Below the pieces are notes generated by a model. The model was not told where the DNA came from. It saw only the letters and a program-made list of their open reading frames with translations, and did not search any database. 64,000 nt of DNA from an uncultured virus (IMG/VR IMGVR_UViG_3300021960_000026) (Duplodnaviria; Heunggongvirae; Uroviricota; Caudoviricetes). This document shows, piece after piece, positions 48,817 to 58,223 of the stretch (its first letter is position 1; every line of letters starts with the position of its first letter). A program made the translations under genes and the position numbers. The stretch lies in IMG/VR virus record IMGVR_UViG_3300021960_000026; one strand, 5' to 3'.

Positions 48817-49998
48817 TTACGCAAAACGTAGGTTCGCTGATGTAACAGCAACTTTACCCAAGTAGTCTGCCGCATTACCAAGAGATGATGCAGTGTTTGT
48901 TAACTCTACATAACCATATCTTGTCATGAACGAAACTACTGGTTCAAATGTTGCTGGATCAAGAACCACACCGCTTGACATTAATGGAATGTATGGGCAG
49001 TAGAACGCTGCTGCGTCTGATTCTGATGAACCTTTGTAACCAATGATTACATCGTCTGATGTAGCATAACCGTTAACATAAACTTTCATTGCACTGTTAA
49101 GAGTACCTACAAACTTAGTGTTTGTTGGTGCTTCAAAAGTACCTTCAGTTGTGCGAGCAAATGCAGAAGTTGTTGCAGACTGTAATAGTGTTAATACAGT
49201 TGGTGAAACAACAGCCCAGTTACCTGCGCCACGACGTGTACGCTGTGCAATCAAGTTAGCAACACGGTTGATTTGAACTGCTAATGCAGCATGTTCATCA
49301 CCAACGAATGTAGCAGTACCTGACACTGCGCCTTGGTCGTATGTTAAAGCGGCTGTACCAGCCAATGTGCTTAAAGAACCAATTACTTCTTGATCGATCT
49401 CAGCAGTAATCTCTTGTGCAAGAGCTGCCATGATCTCAGCCTCGATGTCAATGCCCTGTTGAGCTTGTGCATCTTGAGCTGCTTCAAAAGTCCAACGAGC
49501 TGACAATTTACGTGTCTTCGCTTCGACTGTTTGTTTCAAGATTTGAATTGATAATCTGTTTCCAGCAGTACCTTCAAGTGCAGCAGTTGAACCAGGCTTA
49601 GTACCAGTAGCGGTATCATTTCCTGAATAACCTTCTGCGATCTTGAATGGTGATAATGCTTCTTCACCTGCTGTTACTGTAGTACCAGCACTTGGTGCAA
49701 AAGCGTCAGCATAACGCACACGTAAAGTGTGAATTTGGCCAACTGGTCCAGTCATTGGTTGAACACCAACAAGTTCGTTTGCGATAACTGTTGGCATTAC
49801 ACGTCTGATTACTGGAAGAATGACGCGGTTTAGTGTTGCGACGTTGCCGGCAGATGTGGCGCCTGCTGTAGCACTCTCTGACAAATACTTACGGGTATTT
49901 TCCAGAGTCGTTGCCATAACAGTACGCTTGTTACCTTGAAGACCTTCTAAAAGGGCGTCTTTGGTTTCTGACCAGCGTGACTCTAATAGTTGTGACAT
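48817..49998 (-). CDS. gp23: Major capsid protein
   Basis: RRVMP..IA.ELVGVQPM.GP.GQI..LR..Y, VEAKTRKL.A.WT.E..QD, FYCPYIPL, F.TRYG. Confidence 0.97.
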   Translation of the reverse strand: MSQLLESRWSETKDALLEGLQGNKRTVMATTLENTRKYLSESATAGATSAGNVATLNRVILPVIRRVMPTVIANELVGVQPMTGPVGQIHTLRVRYADAFAPSAGTTVTAGEEALSPFKIAEGYSGNDTATGTKPGSTAALEGTAGNRLSIQILKQTVEAKTRKLSARWTFEAAQDAQAQQGIDIEAEIMAALAQEITAEIDQEVIGSLSTLAGTAALTYDQGAVSGTATFVGDEHAALAVQINRVANLIAQRTRRGAGNWAVVSPTVLTLLQSATTSAFARTTEGTFEAPTNTKFVGTLNSAMKVYVNGYATSDDVIIGYKGSSESDAAAFYCPYIPLMSSGVVLDPATFEPVVSFMTRYGYVELTNTASSLGNAADYLGKVAVTSANLRFA

Positions 49999-50010
49999 TT
50001 GTTGTTCTCC

Positions 50011-51111
50011 TTAAACTTTTAGTCCCGCAAGCCTGCGGATGTCAAATATCTCAGCGGTTTTTTGCTCCGAACCACCGATTTGTGCTGCCTGTTTATCGCC
50101 TGTTATTTCTTTGCCTTCAGTCAACGCTACCTTGTCCTTCTTAGGCACATTTCCTTCCATCACGGCTGGAATGTATTTGTCAAAGGCTGCGTGTAATTTA
50201 TTTGTTTGAACTGATTCTAAGAGTTCGCTCATTACTTCACGCTTTTCTTTAGAAAGAGGTGACATTAATTCTGCCATCACTTCTTTTCTTTCGGAAAGGT
50301 CTTTCATGCGCTTGATCTCAGCATCTTTGCTCTCAACTAGTTTCTTAACTTCTTCCGCTTGCGCTTCTGCTTCAGCAACTGCTGCTTCTTTCTGTTTTAC
50401 AACTTTAAGAAGTTTTGCTGTTTCTGATTTTTCATTAAGATGGCTAGTTGCATATTCACTTGCGAAACTTTCAAAGATTCTGCGTCCAAAGTCATTGCGA
50501 CGAGCGTCTTCGATGTCTTCTTTTAACTGACTCATTTCAGATTTAATACCTTTCGATACTGTTTCTGAAACAATCTGCGATGCTTTAGCAATGAAGTCTT
50601 TTTTCACTGCTTCAAATTTAGCCTTGCTATCTCTAACAAGTTTAACTTTGGTTTCTGCAAGATCTTTTTTGTCAGAGTGGAATTCTGCGATTTCTTTCGC
50701 TAATGCATCCACAATAAAAGATTCAAGTTTTGCAACATTATTTGCTACGTTTTTACGATCTTCACGAAGCTCACCAAGTTCCTTTTTGAGGTTGTTAAGA
50801 ACGAAAGATTCCATTGCTTTGGAATCGTTTTTCATTTTCTTAGCATACTTGGCTCTTGCCTCGATAAGTCCTTGGCGGTCTTCAGCAAATTCAGATAGCT
50901 CAGCAGTGATTCTGTCTGAAAGCATCTTTTCTACTGCTTCAACCATCGCGGTCTTATCGTGCTCATACTTCTGTGCAAATTCTTCACGTAATTGTGTAGA
51001 AATAGTGTCACGGTTTTCTTGAACGGCAGTTTCCCAAGCGGATTCAATCTCCGACTTAGTTTCTTCGGAAATCACGTTATTTTCAAATAACTGTTTTACG
51101 AAATCTAACAT
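50011..51111 (-). CDS. gp22: Prohead core / scaffold protein
   Basis: Long coiled coil between gp21 and gp23; FG..IFE.F..E motif. Confidence 0.8.
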   Translation of the reverse strand: MLDFVKQLFENNVISEETKSEIESAWETAVQENRDTISTQLREEFAQKYEHDKTAMVEAVEKMLSDRITAELSEFAEDRQGLIEARAKYAKKMKNDSKAMESFVLNNLKKELGELREDRKNVANNVAKLESFIVDALAKEIAEFHSDKKDLAETKVKLVRDSKAKFEAVKKDFIAKASQIVSETVSKGIKSEMSQLKEDIEDARRNDFGRRIFESFASEYATSHLNEKSETAKLLKVVKQKEAAVAEAEAQAEEVKKLVESKDAEIKRMKDLSERKEVMAELMSPLSKEKREVMSELLESVQTNKLHAAFDKYIPAVMEGNVPKKDKVALTEGKEITGDKQAAQIGGSEQKTAEIFDIRRLAGLKV

Positions 51112-51122
51112 TTGTGATTCTC

Positions 51123-51752
51123 CTACGATTGTTTAAGACCTTGAATGATTTTCTTCAAGCTCTCTGCTATATAACGTTGTGCCTGTGAGTCGCCTTTAAC
51201 TTCTTGTGCTACCTTAAATGCCTGATAACCACCGTTACTGTTCATAAGGTGTTCATAAACTGGTGTTGGATAGGCGCCTGGAGCACTTGGTTGTGCAACC
51301 ACATCCACAGTAATAATCTCAAATCCATTGACATTACCACTTGGATCTACTTCGCCTGATCCGCGGCTTGAAACGCCTAGTTTTACTCCCGACTCCAACA
51401 TGGTCGTAACTAATTGACCCATTGGAGTTGGAAGCATCTTAAGTTTTCCGTAGCCGTTTGGACCGTCCATCCACATCTTTGTGATCATGTGGCTAACACG
51501 GTCGAGGTTAATACGTAAATCTTGAGGATGATCAACTTCACCAAGCACTGAATATCCCCCAGAAATCTGTTCGTTGAGCGTCTTGACAGCCCTATCAATT
51601 TCCTTAGAAGAATAAATGCGTTGGTTAGCATTACGAATGTCACCCTGAATACAGATGCCACTCAAGTGTAATGTTTTACCTTCGCCTTCATCACGCTCAA
51701 GGACGATTTTAGCCTGATCGAAACTCAGATGTTCTGCTAGTGATGTTTTCAA
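51123..51752 (-). CDS. gp21: Prohead protease
   Basis: GI.IQ....N.N.R.Y, GE.DHP, RVSH, TPMG, GVSSRG.G, D.V..PSAP.A. Confidence 0.95.
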   Translation of the reverse strand: MKTSLAEHLSFDQAKIVLERDEGEGKTLHLSGICIQGDIRNANQRIYSSKEIDRAVKTLNEQISGGYSVLGEVDHPQDLRINLDRVSHMITKMWMDGPNGYGKLKMLPTPMGQLVTTMLESGVKLGVSSRGSGEVDPSGNVNGFEIITVDVVAQPSAPGAYPTPVYEHLMNSNGGYQAFKVAQEVKGDSQAQRYIAESLKKIIQGLKQS

Positions 51753-51767
51753 CCTTTATACCCTCTG

Positions 51768-52694
51768 TTATCTACGACCACGGAAAATTGATTGTTTGTT
51801 GTCTGCTGTTTCTTTAGCACCCGCTTTTTCAGCACCGTGTCCGCCTTTTACTGCTGACATATCTGCTGCTTTCTTAGCGCCTGGAACATTAACGTTACCT
51901 GCATTGTCTTCTTTTGCGTTGATGTCTGCTAGTCCGCCGTTGTTCTTTTCGTTGCCTTCACCGCCTTTTGCGATGTTAGCACTTGTGCCGCCCATATCAT
52001 TCTTCATGTTGTCAACAACTGACTTTTTGTTGTCTGCAGATTCTGCGCCGCCTTTTTTCTCAGCACCGTGTCCACCTGCTACTTTTTCAACATACTCGCG
52101 CATAGTTGCTAATTCAGCGTCGCCTTCTGGGTCTGCAGATGCTTCTGGAGCAAAAGTTTCTTCTTCTTTTTCTGCGTCCATATCCATCTCATCGCCTTCT
52201 TCGCCACCTTTAATCTCGTCGAATTTTGCTTGTAGTTCATCAACGATAGCATCTAGATCTTGGAATAACTCTTCTGGCTCTTTTTCGCCTTCTGCGTCAT
52301 CGTCACCTTCGATGTCTGATTCTAGATCGTCTGTAGCGTCTCCGCCCATAGCGTCCATTTCGTCATCTGCTTCTACAGCAACTTCTTCAAATTCTTCGTC
52401 AACTTCTTCATCGTCTGAAGACTCATCAACTTCTTCATCATCTGCAGATTCGTCTACTTTGTCTTCTTCTGCGTCATCGTCTTTTGATGCTTCGTCTACT
52501 TTGTCTTCTTCGTCTTCGTCATCTTTTTTAGATGCTTCGTCAACTTCCTCATCTTTTACTTCTTCTTCGATAAGGTCTTCGTAAATTTCTCTTGATTTTG
52601 TAACCACGTACTCGTGGAATAATTCTTCTGCTTTTGCAGTGTCGTCATTTACCAAATGCTCAAGCATTTGTTCTAATGTTGTTTTGTCTGCCAT
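51768..52694 (-). CDS. Highly acidic prohead core-like protein
   Basis: Asp/Glu-rich with repeated VDE motifs and a duplicated GGHGAEK..ADNK motif; located between portal and protease. Confidence 0.65.
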   Translation of the reverse strand: MADKTTLEQMLEHLVNDDTAKAEELFHEYVVTKSREIYEDLIEEEVKDEEVDEASKKDDEDEEDKVDEASKDDDAEEDKVDESADDEEVDESSDDEEVDEEFEEVAVEADDEMDAMGGDATDDLESDIEGDDDAEGEKEPEELFQDLDAIVDELQAKFDEIKGGEEGDEMDMDAEKEEETFAPEASADPEGDAELATMREYVEKVAGGHGAEKKGGAESADNKKSVVDNMKNDMGGTSANIAKGGEGNEKNNGGLADINAKEDNAGNVNVPGAKKAADMSAVKGGHGAEKAGAKETADNKQSIFRGRR

Positions 52695-52762
52695 TTTATT
52701 CTCCTTTTATTGATGGTAAGGCTGTTTCGTAATGTATTTACATTTTACTTATAAAATCAGGG

Positions 52763-53449
52763 TTAAATGGTAGTATTTTGATTCATTTTGTCTTGATATA
52801 TAGTGCCCTCGAAGGTATTTTCAAAGTCTTGCTGTGAAATATGCTTTAAATTACCGTGCTGAGGACCTAATTTATCAGGTATAAATGCTCCTGATTGCAC
52901 TACCCTATAGAACTGTGTATGCGGAAATTCCTTAATTACACGTTCTGTTTGGCTTAACCAGTTGCCAAAAAACGTTGCACTATCCGATGATTTCTTATAA
53001 TTGTGTGTATCTGCATACACATTATTGAACTTTCCATTTAATCCTTGGTAGTCAAATCCGTGTATATAGATCATTTTGTGTCCGTTTGATGCAGCAAACC
53101 ACAGTGCTGTAGGACCACTAGACCAACCCTTGTGGGGATTAAAAAAATGAATTTTATCCTTGGTTTTTATTCCTTTGTTAGGATTTGTCCAAACTGTTCC
53201 TTTTTGATAATATCCAGAATCAATCAATTCGTTAACCATTTTAACATCGACTGCTACTAGATAATGAGGATCAAACTCTCTATATTGTGCGTTGCATCCG
53301 TAGACTGTGCCAATATCTAGGAGTTTTTCACAGTTAATCGCCAAGCGACTGTTTCCGTTGCCCAGAACAAACGCTATGTCTTTAAGAGTTGGGGTATTTT
53401 TATTCTTCTTGCTCAACTGGAGTTCCGTACATTTGTCTGATGAAGCCAA
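52763..53449 (-). CDS. DUF115/sialyltransferase-like Rossmann-fold protein (start uncertain)
   Basis: AFVLGNG.SR, YGCNA.YR...P..LVAVD, SSG..AL, IY..GFD, N.YADT.NY. Confidence 0.6.
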   Translation of the reverse strand: MASSDKCTELQLSKKNKNTPTLKDIAFVLGNGNSRLAINCEKLLDIGTVYGCNAQYREFDPHYLVAVDVKMVNELIDSGYYQKGTVWTNPNKGIKTKDKIHFFNPHKGWSSGPTALWFAASNGHKMIYIHGFDYQGLNGKFNNVYADTHNYKKSSDSATFFGNWLSQTERVIKEFPHTQFYRVVQSGAFIPDKLGPQHGNLKHISQQDFENTFEGTIYQDKMNQNTTI

Positions 53450-53639
53450 GTTCGGAATTTTTTTCCGCTTCGTGTGCTTCTGCTTGGAGTCGCAGTTGAT
53501 TAATTTGTCTTAAGGTGAGTCGGATCTTTCTAGTATCATCATAGTTGACAACAGAGGAATCCTTGCCGTTGTCGTATCTACGATCTACAGCAAAGTCGTT
53601 TATGTCGTCATTGAAATATAAAAATTCTCTAAGAAGCAT
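53400..53639 (-). CDS. Small head-region protein (MLLREF...)
   Basis: Start reassigned to ATG 53639, 4 nt after TAAATA; DTRK..LTL.QIN.LR...MYG. Confidence 0.65.
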   Translation of the reverse strand: MLLREFLYFNDDINDFAVDRRYDNGKDSSVVNYDDTRKIRLTLRQINQLRLQAEAHEAEKNSELGFIRQMYGTPVEQEE

Positions 53640-53649
53640 ACTGTATTTA

Positions 53650-55350
53650 TTACTGTGCAGGAGTTTCTGCCCCAGTGTCTCCCCCTGGTTGTTCAGCCGC
53701 TGCTGCGGCATCTGGCGATGCTTCTGCATCTTGCGTAGCGGCATCTGCTGCGATTCCACCAGGAGTAATTCCTGCTGTTCTCAATTCGCCCGCAGCATCA
53801 GTTGTTGCAGGCATTAAGTTACCTTCGTTTTCTTCTCTCCACAGTTTTTCGTTTTCCTTGATTTCCTCTTCAGTTAAACCAAGATAACGTTTAAGTGCAA
53901 AACGCTTGGATAGGTGTGGTACCTGTTGTAGTGTTCCAAAGATGTTTGCTCTTGTTGTATCAAGTTCTGCCTGTCTGTATGCGGCAAAGTTTTGTGGTGG
54001 ATTGAATTTTAGTTCAAATAGGCTAGAGTCAATGTTGTATCCATTGCTGAGCAACCATAACTTAAATTCCTTGTCAAAGGATTCCACTATATTGCTCTGT
54101 AGTCTTTCGCAGTATTTGTTGAATCTTAATTCCTGAATGTATGCAGTTCCTACTTTACCGTCGGATACTGTGTTTGCCTGTTCATCAATTGATGTTGGCA
54201 AATAAGACGCCGGAATTCTAAGTGCTCGGAATAATTTATTAGTAAAGTATTTTAAATCTGTAATTTCGCCTAGGTTAGTTCCACCCGGTAATGTTTCAAC
54301 CTTAGATCCTCTACCCTCTGCTGTTTGCGGAAAGAAGTAATCCTCGTTTGTTGATAATGGATTGTATGAAGCATCAATTACTGAAGTTCCGCCGCCTGTT
54401 GAACTTGGAATACGTCTCTGTTGAATTTCGTTCTTAACTTTTTCAACAAAGGTCATAGCCATGTGAGCAGGCATATTACCCACGTCAACATAAAAAATTC
54501 TTCTTTCAGGAGCTCTTTGAATTCTGTAAATGATGATTGCATCTTCAAGCAACTCCTTCTGTTTATAAACCTTGAATACTGATTCTAGTAGTGAATTACC
54601 AAAAGGATAATTGTTATCCAATCCTTCGCTTAGTGAAATGTGCATCACGTGTTCGGCATCAACAGTAATTTCATTCTGTGCATTCTGGAATCTAGTTCCT
54701 GGTGTCTGTGCAACATTTCCAACCATGCCTCGGCCAAAGCCGCCACCGCTTGTATATGATGAAGTACCACTAGGTGAAGTGTGTGTAGTTCCGTGCGGTG
54801 TTGTTGCTACTAGGTTCTTAAAGTTAAAATTAATGTCCTTTATAACATACTGCTCGGGAATCTTTCCTTCAGATTCGTTAACAATAATTTTGGAGACTTT
54901 TGCTTGATCCACATAAAGCAATTTCTTAGTTTCTGGATCACGGATGAAAAAACAATCGCCATATTTGAATGTGTTCCTTACAACTCTAAAAATTCTATTT
55001 TCAAATTGCTGAGTCTTGCTCCACTTTTGCAGTGCATCCTTGAGCATTTTGGTTTCAACACCTGTTGGTGACTGCCTAAAGAAACAATGGAATGGTGTTG
55101 CATTTTCCTTGTCCTTGCCTGTGCAAAACTCTGCTAGGATGTCAAGTGCAGCATTGACTTCTGAATCCATGTCCATTGTGTCATACTGCATGTATCTTTC
55201 AATTCGGTTTGGAGCACCTGCATAAACGTCTGGCAGATAGGATGAATAATTTGATCGTGCGGGACCAGGGCGGCCTCCTCCACTAATTGGACTGTACGAT
55301 CCGCTTTGGTTATCAGTGTTAACTGGTGTAAAGTATTTTTTCCAACTCAT
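53650..55350 (-). CDS. gp20: Portal protein
   Basis: LLEDA..IYR..RAPERRIFYVDVGNMP, EDYFFP...GRGS.VETLPGG.NLG.I.D..YF. Confidence 0.97.
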   Translation of the reverse strand: MSWKKYFTPVNTDNQSGSYSPISGGGRPGPARSNYSSYLPDVYAGAPNRIERYMQYDTMDMDSEVNAALDILAEFCTGKDKENATPFHCFFRQSPTGVETKMLKDALQKWSKTQQFENRIFRVVRNTFKYGDCFFIRDPETKKLLYVDQAKVSKIIVNESEGKIPEQYVIKDINFNFKNLVATTPHGTTHTSPSGTSSYTSGGGFGRGMVGNVAQTPGTRFQNAQNEITVDAEHVMHISLSEGLDNNYPFGNSLLESVFKVYKQKELLEDAIIIYRIQRAPERRIFYVDVGNMPAHMAMTFVEKVKNEIQQRRIPSSTGGGTSVIDASYNPLSTNEDYFFPQTAEGRGSKVETLPGGTNLGEITDLKYFTNKLFRALRIPASYLPTSIDEQANTVSDGKVGTAYIQELRFNKYCERLQSNIVESFDKEFKLWLLSNGYNIDSSLFELKFNPPQNFAAYRQAELDTTRANIFGTLQQVPHLSKRFALKRYLGLTEEEIKENEKLWREENEGNLMPATTDAAGELRTAGITPGGIAADAATQDAEASPDAAAAAEQPGGDTGAETPAQ

Positions 55351-55365
55351 CTCTTATCCTATATA

Positions 55366-58143
55366 TTATACACTAAACGCATCATTTGTCAACCCCGACG
55401 TAACACCAATGTGTCTCTGTGCCAATGCATTGCTCATTCTTGTTAATCCAACTAATTCTTGTATGCTACTATTTAACTCCGTCATCAGTTCTGTTGACGA
55501 CTTTGTGGATTCCATAGGCGATAATGCAGCAGTTTGCATTTCGGATTCTGTCATTGGTACTCCGGCCGTTGCTGCTGCCTTTTCTTCTGCCGTTAGCATA
55601 TTTTGGACGTTACCAATAAAGGACTGCATGGTTCCTCGCACACCGCCCACGACAACTTCTGCCATCTGTGCTGGTGTGAGCACTGCTTCCATTCCGTGCA
55701 GTGTTGCAGGAGTTCCCTCTCCAAAGTTTCCAAACAGTTTACCCAAAGCACCCAATGTACCACCACTAAACTGCGCTCCTGGCAATTGCGGTGCAATATC
55801 ACGGTCAGTATCGGCATTTTTTGCTGCTTCTAGTTCTTTTTCTTTGAGCTCCGCAATCTTCTTTTCCATCTCGAGGATTCTCATTCTGGATTTTTGCTGT
55901 CCAAAATCTTCTCTACCAAATCCACCGTCCATCATTCCGTATTCGTTTTCGCCGGCCAAACTTCTCTCGAGCCTTGCCTTTTCCTTGGCAATCTCCGCTT
56001 CCATTTCGTCCATGGTGTTGATGCCAGCGCCGGTTATGCTAATTAATTTTTCTGCAACGCCCTTACCATCAACCAACCCAAGTGTAAGGCTGTCCACGAT
56101 TCCACCAATAGTTGATGATGCCCTTTCTCCTGCGGTTGCTGCTTCACCTTCTTTTAATCCTAGATATTCTTCAGCATTGAATCCTGCCGATGCTCCCTGT
56201 AGTAGTGCATCTCCAATCATGTATGCAGTTCCTAGAACCGGAACCGCTTTTAGGGCAGTCTTTCCTACACCTTTCATTACAGCACCAGTGGTTCGTGCTG
56301 CACTGCTTGCTGCGGAACCTGCAGTTCTTGTTGCCGTTCCTGCTGCGGAACTTGCAGTTCTTGTTGCCGTTCCTGCTGCGCCCGTAGGAGGCTTCTTGCC
56401 TCTGAATAATTTACCTACCTTGCCTACTGCTCCGGCACCCTGTGCCAATGCAGCAAGTCCTGCCGCTGCCGCAAGTGCCATTAGGGCAATTTCCGCTCCT
56501 ATGGCCGCTGCTGCGACCTTTTTAAAATTATCTCCACGTGTTGCAGTTCCAAGTACAGTTTCGGAAAATGCCTGTGCTGCCTTGGATGCAGGCTCAAACA
56601 TATTTCTGAAACCAGTAATGGCTTCAGCACCAACAGCGTTCATAGTTTGAACCATTTCGCCGGCTGCGGTGTTAATTTGTAATCTAAATGATGCTATGGT
56701 TGCGGCATCAACCAACGGTTCACCATCTGGTGTTACTTTAATTCCCTTGGCCGCATCTTCGCGGGCCTTTTGCAATTCTGCTTCGGTCTTTTTAATGACT
56801 TCTGCAATTGTCTGCTGACGTGCTGCTACATCGTGTGCTGCCACAACGAATGCATTCATTTCCGGACCGCCAAATAAACCTAGCGTTTGTCCAATTGCTG
56901 AATTAGCAAATTCCTTGGCTTCCTTGGAATAGATGTCATAGAACCTATCGCTGAATCCTTCCTGCAGATCGCCGGCTTGTATTGCTCTGAAAATTCCCTG
57001 TGCTTCGCTACCTGATTCCTTCAGGTATGCCATTGCTCTGATACCTTCCTCGGAAGTTGCGGTACCAGTTGCTAAAATTTCCTTGAGGCCCGTTCTGTGA
57101 GCAGCAGGGATGGTCTCCATTAATTTTTCCATCTCCGCTTGTTGCTTCGGATTTAGTTTAGACATCATGATACGATACTGCGCATCCGCCTGTCTAGCAT
57201 CCGCTTCGGCCTGTAGTGCCTCCTTAGATTGTCCCGTTAACTTGGAAACTGCATCCAAGTTCTTCAAGTATGTTGCTGTTCCTTCTCTCAGTTCGGTATC
57301 GGTCATTCCCTGTAGGCGACCGTTCTTCTGCAACATTTTTGAATAATTTAGGAATCCTTCATTCATCTGGGTTGAAGTATAACCCAGTCTTGATAAATCT
57401 TCAAAGATCGGAGTATCTTTTAATTCTTTTCCGAATCTTGCTAATCTCTTGGCACCTTCTGCTGTGGTTCCGCCCAACAGCATCAATGCTTCGCTGTTCT
57501 TGCCTACTAGCCCTACGAAGTCGTCTAGGCTGATCCCCATCTTGGTTGCTGCTGAAACCGCACCATTAACGTTACCAGCAAAGTTAACACCAGCCTGTGA
57601 AGCCTTTGCGAACGCATCGTATGACTTGTCCAGTGCCTTCATCTGAGCACCGTACGCGGCTTCGAATGCCTCCGCAGACATTGTTAGGCCCTTGATTGCA
57701 CCTCCTGCTGATGCCATGGCAGACACTGCACTGGATAGGCTTCCGTCCATGGACATGAACGCAGTGGATACTTTATTGGCTGATTTGAGTAGTCCTAGAC
57801 CTGCTCCAGCAACTTTCTCAATGACGTTTCTGGCAAAATTTATGAAATTTGTGCTTCGTTTTTGGGCTGCTGTATTATCATCTACGGCATCAGTGTTTTC
57901 TTGCTGTGCTTTGTATGATCTTAGATTGGATTCTGTAAATTTCTTGCCTGATGCTGCTGCATCTTTGGTCTTTTTAGCCAAACCTTCAATGGCTGTGTTT
58001 AGATCCCCGCCGCTTTTAAAGCCCTGCGCTGCATTGGCAGCAATGACCTTTTGCATTGCCAAAATCTGCTTGAGCGTGGCTTCGGTCGCAGCATTATTAA
58101 GAATAATGTCTTCTTGTCCTAATTGTCCTGTTACGTCAGCCAT
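55366..58143 (-). CDS. Tape-measure-like protein
   Basis: 925 aa, Ala/Gly-rich helical with a hydrophobic segment and C-terminal F..G...LHG.EAV..P; divergent from the gp26-like gene. Confidence 0.7.
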   Translation of the reverse strand: MADVTGQLGQEDIILNNAATEATLKQILAMQKVIAANAAQGFKSGGDLNTAIEGLAKKTKDAAASGKKFTESNLRSYKAQQENTDAVDDNTAAQKRSTNFINFARNVIEKVAGAGLGLLKSANKVSTAFMSMDGSLSSAVSAMASAGGAIKGLTMSAEAFEAAYGAQMKALDKSYDAFAKASQAGVNFAGNVNGAVSAATKMGISLDDFVGLVGKNSEALMLLGGTTAEGAKRLARFGKELKDTPIFEDLSRLGYTSTQMNEGFLNYSKMLQKNGRLQGMTDTELREGTATYLKNLDAVSKLTGQSKEALQAEADARQADAQYRIMMSKLNPKQQAEMEKLMETIPAAHRTGLKEILATGTATSEEGIRAMAYLKESGSEAQGIFRAIQAGDLQEGFSDRFYDIYSKEAKEFANSAIGQTLGLFGGPEMNAFVVAAHDVAARQQTIAEVIKKTEAELQKAREDAAKGIKVTPDGEPLVDAATIASFRLQINTAAGEMVQTMNAVGAEAITGFRNMFEPASKAAQAFSETVLGTATRGDNFKKVAAAAIGAEIALMALAAAAGLAALAQGAGAVGKVGKLFRGKKPPTGAAGTATRTASSAAGTATRTAGSAASSAARTTGAVMKGVGKTALKAVPVLGTAYMIGDALLQGASAGFNAEEYLGLKEGEAATAGERASSTIGGIVDSLTLGLVDGKGVAEKLISITGAGINTMDEMEAEIAKEKARLERSLAGENEYGMMDGGFGREDFGQQKSRMRILEMEKKIAELKEKELEAAKNADTDRDIAPQLPGAQFSGGTLGALGKLFGNFGEGTPATLHGMEAVLTPAQMAEVVVGGVRGTMQSFIGNVQNMLTAEEKAAATAGVPMTESEMQTAALSPMESTKSSTELMTELNSSIQELVGLTRMSNALAQRHIGVTSGLTNDAFSV
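56308..56380. repeat. 33-bp tandem repeat (2.2 copies) inside the tape-measure gene
   Basis: TGCTGCGGAAC(C/T)TGCAGTTCTTGTTGCCGTTCC twice with one mismatch; encodes 11-aa AAGTATRTA(S/G)S. Confidence 0.9.
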
Positions 58144-58223
58144 TTATTATAATTCCCAGAAATATACGCATATAAATACAACATAGCAATTGCTTATTAA
58201 TATATTATTTATCGGAGATAAAA

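Noticed and set aside
51796..52584. 262-aa poly-Ser plus-strand ORF
   Set aside because: Reverse complement of GAA/GAT codons of the acidic prohead protein; the same applies to 1195-1749, 5259-5666 and 61226-61927
55316..56650. 444-aa plus-strand ORF
   Set aside because: Antisense shadow of the Ala/Gly-rich tape-measure gene; Ser/Ala/Pro-biased with no recognisable motifs
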